A stretch of 64,000 nt of DNA from Cyanidioschyzon merolae. Its lineage: Eukaryota. Positions 43,216-54,918 of this stretch are shown here, in pieces (positions within the stretch are counted from its first letter, which is position 1; every line of letters begins with the position of its first letter). A model generated the notes under the pieces. The model did no database searches. It was not told the origin of the DNA and saw only the letters and a program-made list of their open reading frames with translations. The stretch lies in assembly GCA_000091205.1 (NCBI GenBank), contig AP006489.2. One strand, 5' to 3'. A program made the position numbers and the translations under genes.

Positions 43216-43319
43216 CGGCGCTCTCGCGCAAATGTACGAGAAACCGCCTGGCGATATGCGCGCGCAACGCGCTCAGTCACGACATCGATTGTGACACCTC
43301 ATCGCTTACAGTGCATGTA

Positions 43320-43354
<35 letters not shown>
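43320..43354. repeat. (CGG/GCG)11 microsatellite
   Basis: cggcggcggcggcggcggcggcggcggcggcggc, intergenic between COPB1 and the alpha-galactosidase gene. Confidence 0.9.
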
Positions 43355-44097
43355 AGGGATGGAATATTTTTGGTTTGACAAAGCGATTCCGTGTAGCCTG
43401 GATCCTAGATGGCGGAATAGATATCGGTATTCGGCAAAGCGTCTACCGTGCAGCGCTCTAGCTCCCAGTTCCATGACCCATACCTCCTCTCGGATATGCT
43501 GGTCGTTCCGTACGTTCTATCGTTTCTTGGCACTGCCGTTTGGGTTGTGTTCCGCGTGAGTACAACAACTGCCAGTGGATACACAGGTGTCGCTCTCCGC
43601 GCATCATCGCCGGGATTGTCCCAAGTCACAGACTAGTCACAGACTAGACGGCAGCTCTCAGAGAGGCACCTTGATGCCCAGTGCACGTGCTGGACATGCG
43701 CAATGACAGTGTACTCATGAAGCGCTAATCATCTCTCCAAAAGAAGCTTTTCGGAGTTCTGCATACTTAGCGGATTCTAGAAAAGACGATTCCCCAGAGA
43801 TGGAGCAATCGTTTCTCTCAATATTGTACTCGAGCGCGACGAGAAAAACCTGCTTGCAGAGTCGTACGTTCGAGCATCCGAAGCGGCAGCGCACTTTTTC
43901 CATGTCATCTCCAGAACGGCCTCGACTCTGTGTTGCGAACGGAAAGCTGGGGGTGCCTCGATCCCGATCGTTTTAGAAGACGCTGCTTGCCCTGCTTTCC
44001 TGGGCAGAGTACGTGCCTTTGGTCGTGATCCAACGAATCGTCTTTACGGTCTCAGATTGGCCGCTCGCTCTCGTTCATCCACCAGAACCTGTTTCAG

Positions 44098-47000
44098 CTA
44101 GTTTGAGGAACGCCCTAAAGAAGGTGTCGTGCTTCCCGTTGGACTGGCAATCGTACGGAACGCCTCACGAGCACCCGAATACTTCCAATCAACCGCTTCA
44201 ATATTAAGCAGTACAGAGTCCGCATCAAATACAAATTTGATAGGAAGACCGGCCAGCATCAGGGTACGTCCAGTCATCCGCAGCAAATTGCCGGCGTACT
44301 GGTAGACGCCGCTGCGTGCAGCCTCTATCGCACCGGTCAGGGTATTCCGTTGCATCACACCAGGACACCACTCTTCTACTTCGTAGACTCGCTCGGCATC
44401 AAGTCCTCGCAGGCGTAAGCGAGGCTCCAGCCGCCCAACTTCGCGTATCTGGTTGAACGCGAACACTAACGCACGGTTGCGATCCGCGGAAACGTACATC
44501 CAGGCACAATTCTGGGTGCGAAACGGACACCACAGCCGATACATATCTCCAAACAGTACAACCGGAGCAACCTGCCGATACAATTCAATGTAGTGTCGAA
44601 TCTCTCGGAGCTCATCCTCAGACAGGACACGCGGGTCTAATTCATACCCAAAAGTACCGCACATGGCAACCAGAGATCGCGTCTTCATCGGAGCGCTCCG
44701 CAGCGTCTGGTGATTCGGCACGGTGGACACGTGCGCGGCAATTGCCTTGGCGGGTGCCCAGAGCGAGGTGCCCGCCTGGATCCGCATCCGACTCGACGCA
44801 TCCGTATTGTCGCTGGTCCATATCTGGGAGCTGTAGTACAGAAGGCCAGCATCGAAGCGGCCGCCGCCACCGGCACAAGTCTCGAAAAACACGTCAGGAA
44901 ACTGCTCCTGAATACGGCCCAGTACTTCGTAGAGCCCGAGAATATAGCGATGCGCAATCTCGCCTTGTCGTTCAGGCGGATGCACTGCGCTGTAGACTTC
45001 CGTCAGGAACCGATTATTATCCCATTTGATATAGCTGATTGCACACGAGCTTAGAATCGTGCTCATGGTGTCGACGAGCCAATCGCGAACTTCGCTGCGT
45101 GTCAGGTCGAGCACCAGCTGGTTGCGGCCCATGGTCTTGCCGCGACTTGGAATATGCAGCGCCCAGTCCGGGTGCGCCTTGAAAAGGTCCGATTCGACGG
45201 AGACCATCTCTGGCTCGACCCAGAGACCGACCTTGAGACCCGTGGCGGTCAGCTCGCGAACCAAACCATGCAGACCGAAAGGCAACTTGGTCGGGTTCGG
45301 GTACCAATCGCCCAGGCCGTCCGAGGTGTCGTTGCGTCGGCCAAACCAGCCGTCGTCAATGACGATCATCTCAATTCCAGCACGTTTCGCTACCTCTGCG
45401 ATCTTCAGTACGGACTCGTGCGAGAGCTGGAAATACAGCGCCTCCCAGGTATTGAGAAGCACCGGCGGGATGTATGTGCGGAACTGCGGCGGCTGCAGGC
45501 GATCCCGTATCAGCCGATGGTATCGACGACTCATCTCTCCGATGCCTTGCGCACTGTACGTAAGGATCACCTCTGGCGTGATGAATTCCTCATCAGGCTC
45601 GAGGTTCCAGTAGAAGCCCTGGGGATGAATGCCAATATTCAGGCGCGTACGCCCGGTCTCGCTCACCTCACACTCCACGAGAAAATTTCCCGAGTAGACG
45701 AGTAGCGCAGCGAACGCTTCACCGGTATCTTCGTTCGGCTCACCAGCAGAGATAATTGCGAACGGGTTGTGCTGGTGTGAAGAGCCACCGCGTGTGGAGC
45801 CGAACGAGGTCTGCCCGCTGCGCAGATGCCGTATCACCTGTTGGCGTTCTCGTGCCCAACTTCCGGATAACTGTGTCAAGTAGTAGTCGTCAGTTTCAAA
45901 GTCCAGCGTCGCTGACATCGCTCGGGTAATGATCACATTAGCGTCACCCTCGTTGCGAATGCGGCAATGACGAGTGATCACATCGTAATCATGCACAACA
46001 CAGTAGATGAGCTCCACCACCAAACCGGTGACGTTGTCGACCATTTCCACAATTAACGTCGTCGCTTCGTGGACGTCCTCGGTGAACACAGCTGGCATGT
46101 AATTGGGCATCGGAATTTTGCCGCGACGGATGCGGTGGCGACGATACGTGAAGGGCGACAACGTGGATCCATCCTCATAGATGACACCAATCGAGGGAAT
46201 GCGGTAGTCGCCAGTTCCGCTATCGGAGATTTCTAGCAGCTTCACGTTCTTGCTAATTGTCTCTTGATCCAACTTACCCCAGTTCACGACGGATGCTGTT
46301 GATTTCTGCCCCGAGTCCAGATCCAGCTCAGAAGCGGTCTGCATGAGCGATGGAGCTTGTTTGCCTCCGGCTGTGCTCTGCTGGACGCTCTGAGGTCCTT
46401 GTGGGCCCTCCGCTGCGCTACCGCTCACCATTCGAGCGGGCGCCTCCTTGGGAGCGCCCATGCTGTCGCGTTTCCCGCGATTCCAGTCGAGACGCGGACT
46501 GGTTATCACTGATGCCAACGAGTGCTCTGATCGCGACAAGTCCAGCGCAGGCGTCGAGGCGAACCGATGTAGCGAACCAGGTGCCGTGCTGCTCGCACGA
46601 TCCGAGGCATCAACAAGCTCTCCGCCTGCCTCACCACTGGGTAAAATTGCTTGTGGCTGCGTTTCTGTCACCTTCTCCGATGCGGATTGACTGAGCGATT
46701 TCCCGCCGCGCTGCAGAGCGCGCTCCAAAACATCATCAGAGAGGTCCTTGTCCAGATCGACAGCCGAGCCTTTCATGCGTTCCATGTGCCATAATCGCCA
46801 GGAGGCGTTTTCGAGACGACGCGGTCTGCCGGTGTTCTCAAAGTCACCAGAGACCGCAGAATCATTCTTCGCGCGTGTGAATAAACGCCATTTCTGCTGC
46901 AGTTCTTGTTCAGAGGAAAACTGCAATTCATCGAGACCCATGGTTTGCATGATGTTCGGCTCCACGGCTGACGGAACAATGCCATGGGGATCAAATGGTC

Positions 47001-47406
47001 CTGGAACGTTGCCCAGGCTCAGGTATGTCAAGTTGTCATCCGTTTGGAGCCATGATCCATAGTAGAGATGTTCCAAATTCCGATTATCGTCGATTCGGAA
47101 AGCATACAACGTCTCGCGGGAGTAGAGCCGAAATATGCGTGTCGACGGATCGAAATACACACCAGGCCGGGCTAGCAACGATTGTTGGCTTGGTCGGAGT
47201 GCTGCTTCTGCTCCTGCGAGGCTGGACTTGCCATCCATACGTCCAATGGTGAACATTCCGGTGTTAGCGTTGGAACTCGACTCCAAAGCCAGATGCGAGA
47301 GCGCGGCGCCAACGAGGGCGGGATTGTTCCCCTGATCACCCGCTTGTTGATACACGCTCGATCCAGCAGCTTCGAGCATGCCAGCACGTTCTTTGACCTC
47401 GACCAT
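44098..47406 (-). CDS. GH36 alpha-galactosidase (melibiase) with a roughly 400-aa low-complexity N-terminal extension carrying a 'RLENASWRLW' module
   Basis: GH36 N-domain 'YRIPSIGVIYEDGS...TQLSGSWARERQ'. Catalytic (beta/alpha)8 'GIEMIVIDDGWFGRRND..GLGDWYPNPTKLPFGLHGLVRELTATGLKVGLWVEPEMVSVESDLFKAHPDWAL', 'YIKWDNNR', 'ETCAGGGGRFD'. N-terminal region '..QQKWRLFTRAKND....RRLENASWRLWHMERM'. Confidence 0.8.
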   Translation of the reverse strand: MVEVKERAGMLEAAGSSVYQQAGDQGNNPALVGAALSHLALESSSNANTGMFTIGRMDGKSSLAGAEAALRPSQQSLLARPGVYFDPSTRIFRLYSRETLYAFRIDDNRNLEHLYYGSWLQTDDNLTYLSLGNVPGPFDPHGIVPSAVEPNIMQTMGLDELQFSSEQELQQKWRLFTRAKNDSAVSGDFENTGRPRRLENASWRLWHMERMKGSAVDLDKDLSDDVLERALQRGGKSLSQSASEKVTETQPQAILPSGEAGGELVDASDRASSTAPGSLHRFASTPALDLSRSEHSLASVITSPRLDWNRGKRDSMGAPKEAPARMVSGSAAEGPQGPQSVQQSTAGGKQAPSLMQTASELDLDSGQKSTASVVNWGKLDQETISKNVKLLEISDSGTGDYRIPSIGVIYEDGSTLSPFTYRRHRIRRGKIPMPNYMPAVFTEDVHEATTLIVEMVDNVTGLVVELIYCVVHDYDVITRHCRIRNEGDANVIITRAMSATLDFETDDYYLTQLSGSWARERQQVIRHLRSGQTSFGSTRGGSSHQHNPFAIISAGEPNEDTGEAFAALLVYSGNFLVECEVSETGRTRLNIGIHPQGFYWNLEPDEEFITPEVILTYSAQGIGEMSRRYHRLIRDRLQPPQFRTYIPPVLLNTWEALYFQLSHESVLKIAEVAKRAGIEMIVIDDGWFGRRNDTSDGLGDWYPNPTKLPFGLHGLVRELTATGLKVGLWVEPEMVSVESDLFKAHPDWALHIPSRGKTMGRNQLVLDLTRSEVRDWLVDTMSTILSSCAISYIKWDNNRFLTEVYSAVHPPERQGEIAHRYILGLYEVLGRIQEQFPDVFFETCAGGGGRFDAGLLYYSSQIWTSDNTDASSRMRIQAGTSLWAPAKAIAAHVSTVPNHQTLRSAPMKTRSLVAMCGTFGYELDPRVLSEDELREIRHYIELYRQVAPVVLFGDMYRLWCPFRTQNCAWMYVSADRNRALVFAFNQIREVGRLEPRLRLRGLDAERVYEVEEWCPGVMQRNTLTGAIEAARSGVYQYAGNLLRMTGRTLMLAGLPIKFVFDADSVLLNIEAVDWKYSGAREAFRTIASPTGSTTPSLGRSSN

Positions 47407-48224
47407 GTCAGTTCACCTCTCGTCTAGTTCTTGCACAGTTGGCCAAAGGTGCGACGTGAGGTCTCGATCCTAGAACACAGGGTCAGACTAATATGAAGGC
47501 GCAGAAGAGCGCTAGTGGCGTATTGGATTCGTGTTTGCGTGAAGACTGCAGCGCGCCAGCAAGCGGTCAACGCGTGCGACTAGTTCCTGGTATCCAGCGT
47601 GACACAGAAGCGATCCTTAATCGAAAAGGTGCTCCTATTTCGCCGAACGTATGTCGTTCTTTAGGCTACCCAACGAGTACAACTTGACAGTGACGCTACG
47701 GCCGGGCTCTTTAGCGCACCTCAGGTTCTTCTTTTCGCGCACAAGCACTTGCCCTAGAAGCACTGTCTTCGACGATCAGAGGCGTGTCTATCCAGAATGC
47801 CTGAGTTACGCACCAGCACGAGCACGAGAAATACTTGCCAATACGGGTCCCTGTAGCCGGGTAAATCAAAGCTACCCGAAACGGTACGCTGAGCCAACCC
47901 AGTACCCACCGGAAGCCTTCACCACGAGACTGCCACTGTGCACGCTTCCAGTGGACAGGCGACGTCCCAAGCGAACCTGTGCGTAAGCCCCGTTCGTTAC
48001 AACGTACTGCAAGGTGCTGTCGCCGGACGCCACAACCAAAGCTCTTGCCGAGGGCTTACCTGCCTCGAAGCACCGCCCTGGTGGCCGCGGCTACCCAGTC
48101 AGCAGCGCGATGCTCCGCGGCGGGCGGCGTTTTCTGAGCAGCGCGATCGCCGCAGCGGCCCTCATCCCGAGGCGTCTGTGCGTCTACGGTGGCGACGTCG
48201 CTGACTGGCCCGCGTCTGATCCGT

Positions 48225-48300
48225 ATGCGATTTTTTTCATTGACAAAACGTTTACTTAGGCCAGCGTTCTCCGATTATGCGCTTTTTTGTTTCTTTCTTT
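48225..48300. repeat. member 1 of an 85-bp direct repeat pair (second member at 49330..49405)
   Basis: 'gatttttttcattgacaaaacgtttacttaggccagcg(t/c)tctc..attat(g/a)cgcttttttgtttcttt', more than 90% identical between the two positions and followed by T-rich tracts. Both lie in the 3-kb gap between the divergent GH36 and GT4 genes. Confidence 0.7.
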
Positions 48301-49329
48301 TTTTTTGTGTAATAATCTGTATGAGATCGCCGCAGCGCATGTGGCTAGGTGTGATCTGCTGTGCGCCTTCGATGGCGTCTGTCCATGCGCATTGGTGTGC
48401 CTCAATCAAGGAGAACGCTGCCCTGCTTGCCCCATTCCTATTCATCGATCATTTTTCCAACTATTAAGGGGTATATCTTTTATATTCGAAGCGTGACTGT
48501 AAGAGCTTATGGATACATATGTAGTTCTGGGATTCGTGGTCGTTTTTCCGAGTGGATCCTTCGACACTTTGAGGCAGCAGTTCGATACATCATTAGAGTC
48601 AGGATTATTCGTGACGATCCTATAACATGGGCTCGTAAAATCACCGATATCATGATCGAATTCATATGTACGAGCTTCCAAGCTTCTTTATTGCCTACAT
48701 ATAGAATGCTCAGAGCACGCACTCCCCAGGTTATTGATCGTCCCCTGTGGAGGCAACTCGTGGGCGCACCAAAACGCACCGCTGGATTGACGGGATAAAA
48801 CAACGCGACATCGTCCTTAGGCGATGTGAAAACAAGCCTATGCCGACGTTTCACTAAAGTTGTCATGTATAAGGATCGATTTTGTTCGAAAGACTAGTTC
48901 TTCTGTCGTTTTTGCTTTCGATGAGACGGCATTCGATATCTGCTCGATACATCTCAGTGGATATGCTTCCAGAGGCTCCCGTCTCTTCTGTTTGAATTGG
49001 ATACGTTCTGGACTCGTACATTAGTCCCCCGCACGGTCGCTTCGAGTGGAGCCTGCGTCACCGTATTTCGCGAAGGACGCGTAGACAAATCGAAATGTCT
49101 CGATTTGTCCCCCAAACTCGCTTTTCGATTCGGTAAGTTTTGCCTCACGGAACACATCGCGTGTCACGGATCCTTTATCGAACAATAGATCATGCCCTTG
49201 CGCGTGCGCTAAGTGGATTAGTCGCCGAGTGCTTCGCCCAGAGAAAGCGCATGACCTGAAGGCACAGACTCTGCACGAAAGCAGAGTAAGGCGATCAGGT
49301 TCGCCTTCTGTACTCGTCGAAAGTATGCA

Positions 49330-49405
49330 CTGATCGATTTTTTTCATTGACAAAACGTTTACTTAGGCCAGCGCTCTCGAATTATACGCTTTTTTGTTTC
49401 TTTTT
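49330..49405. repeat. member 2 of the 85-bp direct repeat pair
   Basis: See 48225..48300. Confidence 0.7.
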
Positions 49406-50465
49406 CTTTTCTTTTCCTACTTTTTTGTGTTTTTTCAGTGCGCGGTGAAGTATCCATCAAACACCCTACCTCCATGTTACATTACCTATACTTCGTCTCG
49501 GATATTCTGGTCGTTTCATACGTCCTATCGTGTGTGCCTAGAACCTGCCTTTCTGTATCCGCCTTTGCACCTGAACCGCTCGAGCAGATAGTTCGTAGAG
49601 CTAGAACAGCATTTCTATACCATAGAGGGCGTCGGCTCGAGGGGTGCTTCACCCGACATAGAATCGGGTCTCGTCGTCGGTTTGTGCTCGGACAGTCCGC
49701 GAATGTAGGCTTGGCTTCGCTGCACGACACGCTGGAGAAACTTGCTGTTAGTATGAATCCTGGGAGCCGCCTCTCTCCTTCGTGATCATGCATGGAATGC
49801 GTCGTTGGTTGGCAACGCGGGTTTGTGCTTGACACCCACCAGTGGGTAGGCGCAGAAAGCGCACTGGGCCCGTGTGCGCATCCGATTCGCTGGACCTTAT
49901 GCCTAGAAGGTAGATGCACCGATCGATGAGACGAGCGTTCACGCGCCGTACGTCATTGCTCGACGGAGACGTGTAGCTGGAGTTGTGTGAACACCCCAGC
50001 ACGCCCAGGCGCCTCCGCTTCGAAAGGCTTACCGATCCTGTATACAAAAAATGAAAACAGCAAGTAAAGCATCCATTGGAACATGCATCTTCGCATAAAA
50101 TGTGTAGGAATCAGACACCATTGACGAAAGTCGTACTCGATCGCTCCCATCAACATTCCTCGACTGCTATTAATGGAGCTGGAGGGAACGAAGAGACGAC
50201 CGATTTCTAAGCCCGATATAAGACAGACGGATTCTAATCTGTTCATAAAAAAGCCAGCATATGCTCGTGTTTATCATAGTGGCACGAATTCAAAACATGA
50301 GCGCATTCGTGCGTTCCCCCTGAATAGAGACGCTCCATCGATATCTGACTAATGCGCATCGCGCGCGTTCCGCATTGCCAGGGCGCAGCTGAATGCACCA
50401 CGCTGAAAATCTGTGGTGGATACGAGAGGATACCGGGTAGGCGCGTCTGAATTCGGCATTTGTAG

Positions 50466-52391
50466 TTGTTGTGTGTTGCTGACTCTCGTCCAACGACTTC
50501 GTGCACCATGGAGGCAACGTTCACCCCACTTCTTTCCAAAGTATCAGGAAACCCTACCTCGCCCTCGAGTTCATCGACAGATGATCTCCCTGCGGGAGTT
50601 CTTCCCTATGAAGACTTCGACTTTGCGCCGTACCTTCAAGAGGTGAAGACGGAGGAGGATCTGCGGAAGACGTGGCGCGTATTCACCAAAATGAAGGATG
50701 TGCTTGAGACAGGGCGAAGGCTCGAGAACTTTTCTTGGCGCTTGTGGTTTGCGAAGCGTAGCCAGGGCGAGACGCTGGACGAAGAGGAGCTTGTTAAGGA
50801 TCTCACCCAACTCGAGAAGTATGACCTTGACTTGCAGCGCGATCTCCAGCGCATGCGCCAATCGACGGAAGGTGTGCTGACAAATATTTTCACCGATCAG
50901 GAGAAGAAACGTTTCGAGGAACAAGAGCGTCGGGAGCAGCTTCGTCTGCTTCTAGAGCACCTGGAACGTCTGAAAGCCATCAAGGAGGAACACAGTTTGC
51001 CGGACGATGCGCTGGATAAAATTTTGAACCTTGTTGACGACGCTTTTGGGGAAATGGCTGATGCGGCGGCTGCTGCCCAGCAGCAGCAACAACAGCAGAT
51101 CTCCCTGGACAGCAAAGCGCCCCGCGTCGTTCGCCTTCCGCGCTCTTACGCCGACGTGCTCGAGACCCTGGAGCGCATTCGAGCGGAGCTGGCGCTCATT
51201 CCGTCGTGCGTGGCGTTTGGTCACTCGTTGGAGCGCAATGGAGCCAATAACTTCCTGCTCTACCTCTTGCGAGAGCTTGTGGATAGTTTCATATTTACAC
51301 TAGTTGTACCAAAGGACGGCCCAATGCGTGAGGACTTCGAAGCGCTCGGGTGCCGTGTTGAGCTGTTGGAGACGACGGCTGAGTCGTTTGCGGATCATGT
51401 CAACAAGCTGGTGTCGAGTCACTCATTTCTGATTGCCAATACAATCATGCGCGCAGAAGCTGTCATTGCGGCGGCGAAGCATGGCACACCTTCTATCTGG
51501 GTGATTCACGAGGCCTGGCCTCAGGATCAGTTTGATTACTACGCGAAGCAAGTATTTCAAATGGCTCACGTCGATGGTGACCTCATCCGCCAGGGATTTG
51601 CAACCGCTAGTCGTATCGTTTTCCCTGCCCACGTTCAGAAACAGTGTTACGCTGGATTATTCGAGCCGCATCGGTCTCAGGTGATCTACAACGGCATACC
51701 ATTGTCTGCCATCAATAGCTACCGCTCGACGCAGAATCGCGACCGGGTTCGAGCAGAGCTCGGCTACCAGCCGACTGATCGTCTGGTTGTCCACCTGGGA
51801 ACAATTTGCAAGCGGAAGGGCCAAATCTACACAGCACGTGCTTTCAGCCTACTGAGAAACGATCCGGAAATCCAGCAGTCAGGATACATGTGCAAGCTGC
51901 TCATGGTTGGAGCTCGTTTTATTCGTGACCATGAAATCGCCTATCAGCAGGAGATTAAGGCGGAACTCGAGGCTGCTGGCGCAATTCGCGATTGCACCAT
52001 CCTCGAAATTCAGAAGAATGTTTTGCCCTATTATTTGGCCGCTGATATTCTGGTCGTGCCATCCTTGAACGAGGTCCTGCCGCTCGTGGTGTGCGAAGCC
52101 ATGGCGTTTGAGCGACCAGTGGTGGCGAGTGCCATCGACGGCATCCCCGAGGCAATCTCAGATGGTGTCGAAGGTTTTCTGGTGCCACCGGCAGACGAGC
52201 AGAGCCTGTACGAACGGGTGAAACAACTCATTCTTGATGAGAATCTGCGGACGGTGATGGGCAAGAATGGGCGCAAGCGGGTTTTGGGCCAGTTCAGCTT
52301 CAGCGCGATGGCGAACAACTATCGCCAGGTTATTCAAGACGCTCTGAAGGACAAGCCCTCAGCGGCCGCTGCGGCCTTGGAGGCAGCGTAA
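50466..52391 (+). CDS. GT4-family (glycosyl transferase group 1) glycosyltransferase with an N-terminal extension carrying 'RLENFSWRLW' and a coiled-coil segment
   Basis: C-terminal 'LVVHLGTICKRKGQ...YLAADILVVPSLNEVLPLVVCEAMAFERPVVASAIDGIPEAISDGVEGFLVPP' is the EX7E GT-B/GT4 signature. N-terminal 'EEDLRKTWRVFTKMKDVLETGRRLENFSWRLWFAKRS', then charged coiled coil 'EQERREQLRLLLEHLERLKAIKEE', then poly-Q. The start is possibly MEATFTPLL (about 50508). Confidence 0.75.
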   Translation: MLCVADSRPTTSCTMEATFTPLLSKVSGNPTSPSSSSTDDLPAGVLPYEDFDFAPYLQEVKTEEDLRKTWRVFTKMKDVLETGRRLENFSWRLWFAKRSQGETLDEEELVKDLTQLEKYDLDLQRDLQRMRQSTEGVLTNIFTDQEKKRFEEQERREQLRLLLEHLERLKAIKEEHSLPDDALDKILNLVDDAFGEMADAAAAAQQQQQQQISLDSKAPRVVRLPRSYADVLETLERIRAELALIPSCVAFGHSLERNGANNFLLYLLRELVDSFIFTLVVPKDGPMREDFEALGCRVELLETTAESFADHVNKLVSSHSFLIANTIMRAEAVIAAAKHGTPSIWVIHEAWPQDQFDYYAKQVFQMAHVDGDLIRQGFATASRIVFPAHVQKQCYAGLFEPHRSQVIYNGIPLSAINSYRSTQNRDRVRAELGYQPTDRLVVHLGTICKRKGQIYTARAFSLLRNDPEIQQSGYMCKLLMVGARFIRDHEIAYQQEIKAELEAAGAIRDCTILEIQKNVLPYYLAADILVVPSLNEVLPLVVCEAMAFERPVVASAIDGIPEAISDGVEGFLVPPADEQSLYERVKQLILDENLRTVMGKNGRKRVLGQFSFSAMANNYRQVIQDALKDKPSAAAAALEAA

Positions 52392-54129
52392 CAGAAAGGC
52401 GCCCCAGCCTCAATATAGTATAGGAAGTCAAGCTACGAGCGCTTCCGAACAGAGACATCCGTACGAGTTCCAGCCAGTGGATTAAAGCGGTGACGCGTTT
52501 GGTGGAGCATGCTAGCATGCCAGTGATCGCTCTGCCATATGCGGCTATGATTCCCGCTGTTCCCGAGAGATTGTGCGTACAGGCGCTGTACCCGCCGAAA
52601 CGCGTCACCGAAACGTGCATCGCACGGACGTGGATTCGGTGACCTCAGGTTCGATGTACAATTCACAATTCTGTTCCATATTCGGAACACTGCTGTGCAA
52701 ATGATTGAACATTGACGCGTTTGCCTCAGAGGTGATGTACATGCACCTGCAGCTGTCATCGTCGGGACCTGTGGGGAGTCTGATGCAATGCAGTGGACAG
52801 GAATCGCGTGAACAAGCTGCCGAGCGAGGTCGCCAGCGAGTTGTCGTCGTGAGAAGCTCCAACACACAAGCTGAGGCGATCACGGATGTTCGTCGCCCAT
52901 TGATGCGGAGGGCGGAATCAAGTATTCTAACGGGAGACCGCAAGACGCATCAACCGCTTTCGGGGAATGTGCATTTGAGAAGAAGCTTCTGTGTCCAAGC
53001 GTTTTGAATGATCGAACGCTCCTCTCGCCTCGGTAATCAGGTGGGATCCGTGGATGGAAGGAGATTCAACAGGGTGTGAATGCGCTGCCCATGACCCTGG
53101 AAGAGACCCTTGCTCCTCTACTACCGTGCCGAATTCAAAAAGAACACTGAACAGGTCGTTTTGTGACTGCCTGTAAATTTTACGAGTTTCAGTGTAGAAT
53201 AAGAACTTCGATATTCCAAGTACAACAAGAAGGGCTGGTGGATTCAAATTTAGATTTAGATTTCTCGGTCGTCGTCTAGGAGTGGAGTTTCGAACGCTTT
53301 GCATCTCGAATTCGTTGTGTCACCCGAATCAAGATGATCAGCGACGCCCTAACGCAAGAGTTCGTAGAATAACCGATATGAGTATTCAATTCATATGCAC
53401 AGTTCTGTGCGATTCTCCTTGCGTTAAGTGCAGCATGCTCAAAACATGCATTCGTCAAGTTTCCGATGGATCTGTTTGATGGCTGCTCATTTTTCCAGCG
53501 ATTAACGGCGCTAAATTAACGAGCAGAAGAGCTCGACGACGACCCCTGGTGATATTATCACAAGTTCATGCCGAAATTTCACTGGCCTTGTCACAGCAAA
53601 TATTCTATCCCGTTCCAAAGTCAATTCATGCTCTTCATGTGTCCACTTACAATCGTGATGTGATTTCTGCAAGATACTTAGGTGAGAATGTGAATCCAGA
53701 GGCTTCCGTCTCGCCTGATTTTGTTGAGAATTCTCTTGATCTCGGACTTTGGTCATCGCAGCTATCCCTTTTAGTCGAGAGTGCGTCGCCATTTTGCAGG
53801 AAGCAAGCGTAAACCGATGCAACTCTCACGACATTTTTTGTTTCTCCTTGATTTTCGTTGCATTACTTGTTTTATCATTGATAGCATCGATTTTCCACAT
53901 ATGCTCTATCGAATGGCCCAAAGTTAGTTTGCGTGTCCAGCGGAGATTCTACTCGCCAAGGGGATCGCCCAAAAGAGTTCCATGATAGCACCATACGGCA
54001 CCGAGCGCGGATATGGACCACGGCATTGCAGGGAACCTTTTCTTTCACATGCAGAGCAGGTACCGAGCGAAGACGCACGCTTTTGCATGCCGCAGGGCAG
54101 CTCTCGGAGAAGGAGGACCCCCGGTGGAC

Positions 54130-54330
54130 GTACTGGCGAACCTGATCACGGTCAGGCGTCACCGCTGCGGAGGGCGTATCGTGGCTGCATACAAAGCATA
54201 TGAAAATGCCATGCAAGGTGTAGATCGCTTCTCCCTTCTGTGCATGAAATTCGTCGGCAACAGCCGGATACTTCAAAGTAGAAGTTTCACGGTGTCATCA
54301 AAATCCTTCGAACGTTGTCAACGCAGTAGG
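54130..54330. repeat. dispersed repeat, copy B
   Basis: See 17500..17700. Both minus-strand ORFs start MYPAVADEYHA / MKYPAVADEFHA. Confidence 0.6.
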
Positions 54331-54918
54331 AAAGAGAGGAGAGACCGACGCATTTAAAGCTCTAGATTAGATGAAAGAAAAGGAGCCGAATCGAGAAAGA
54401 GATTGTATAGGCTGATAATGATAATAATTGGAAGAAATCAAATCGTTAAAGTGTACGCCCGAGTTAGACGGCCTGTTCCATTGTACGTTGCCACGTTTAG
54501 ATATTCGAGATACAAACATGAATCCATCGCACTCGTCCTCGTCAGGTCTAGGCGTATCCTCAATTAGCACCAGTTCTGGATATGTTTCAAGAAATCTTCA
54601 CGAGTCATAGCAACTGTGGTAAATGAAAACAGCAGGCTCGTGTGCAAAGCCGCTGGTCCGCGTGTTAGGGACAGCGTCGCAACGACCCAGACGCGACGCC
54701 ACAGCAGTTTCGTCATGAATTTCGACAACCAGTCATCGTCCCACGCTTTTACCCTAAGTATTCGACGCGAGAAAAGCAAGTTGCACGGCAAATACGGGAT
54801 TCCAAGGAACGACTGAAGCCTCTGGGCGTAAGTCTCTGCGGGCTATACGTCAGACTGTACGCGAAAACCCATACCTTTTCTGTCTCGTTCACGGAGTGTT
54901 GTCTGGTTAGCGAGTTGC

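Noticed and set aside
52392-54918. The 2.5-kb gap downstream of the GT4 gene examined for coding potential
   Set aside because: Short overlapping ORFs only. The one structured element is dispersed repeat copy B (54130-54330). No protein family recognised.
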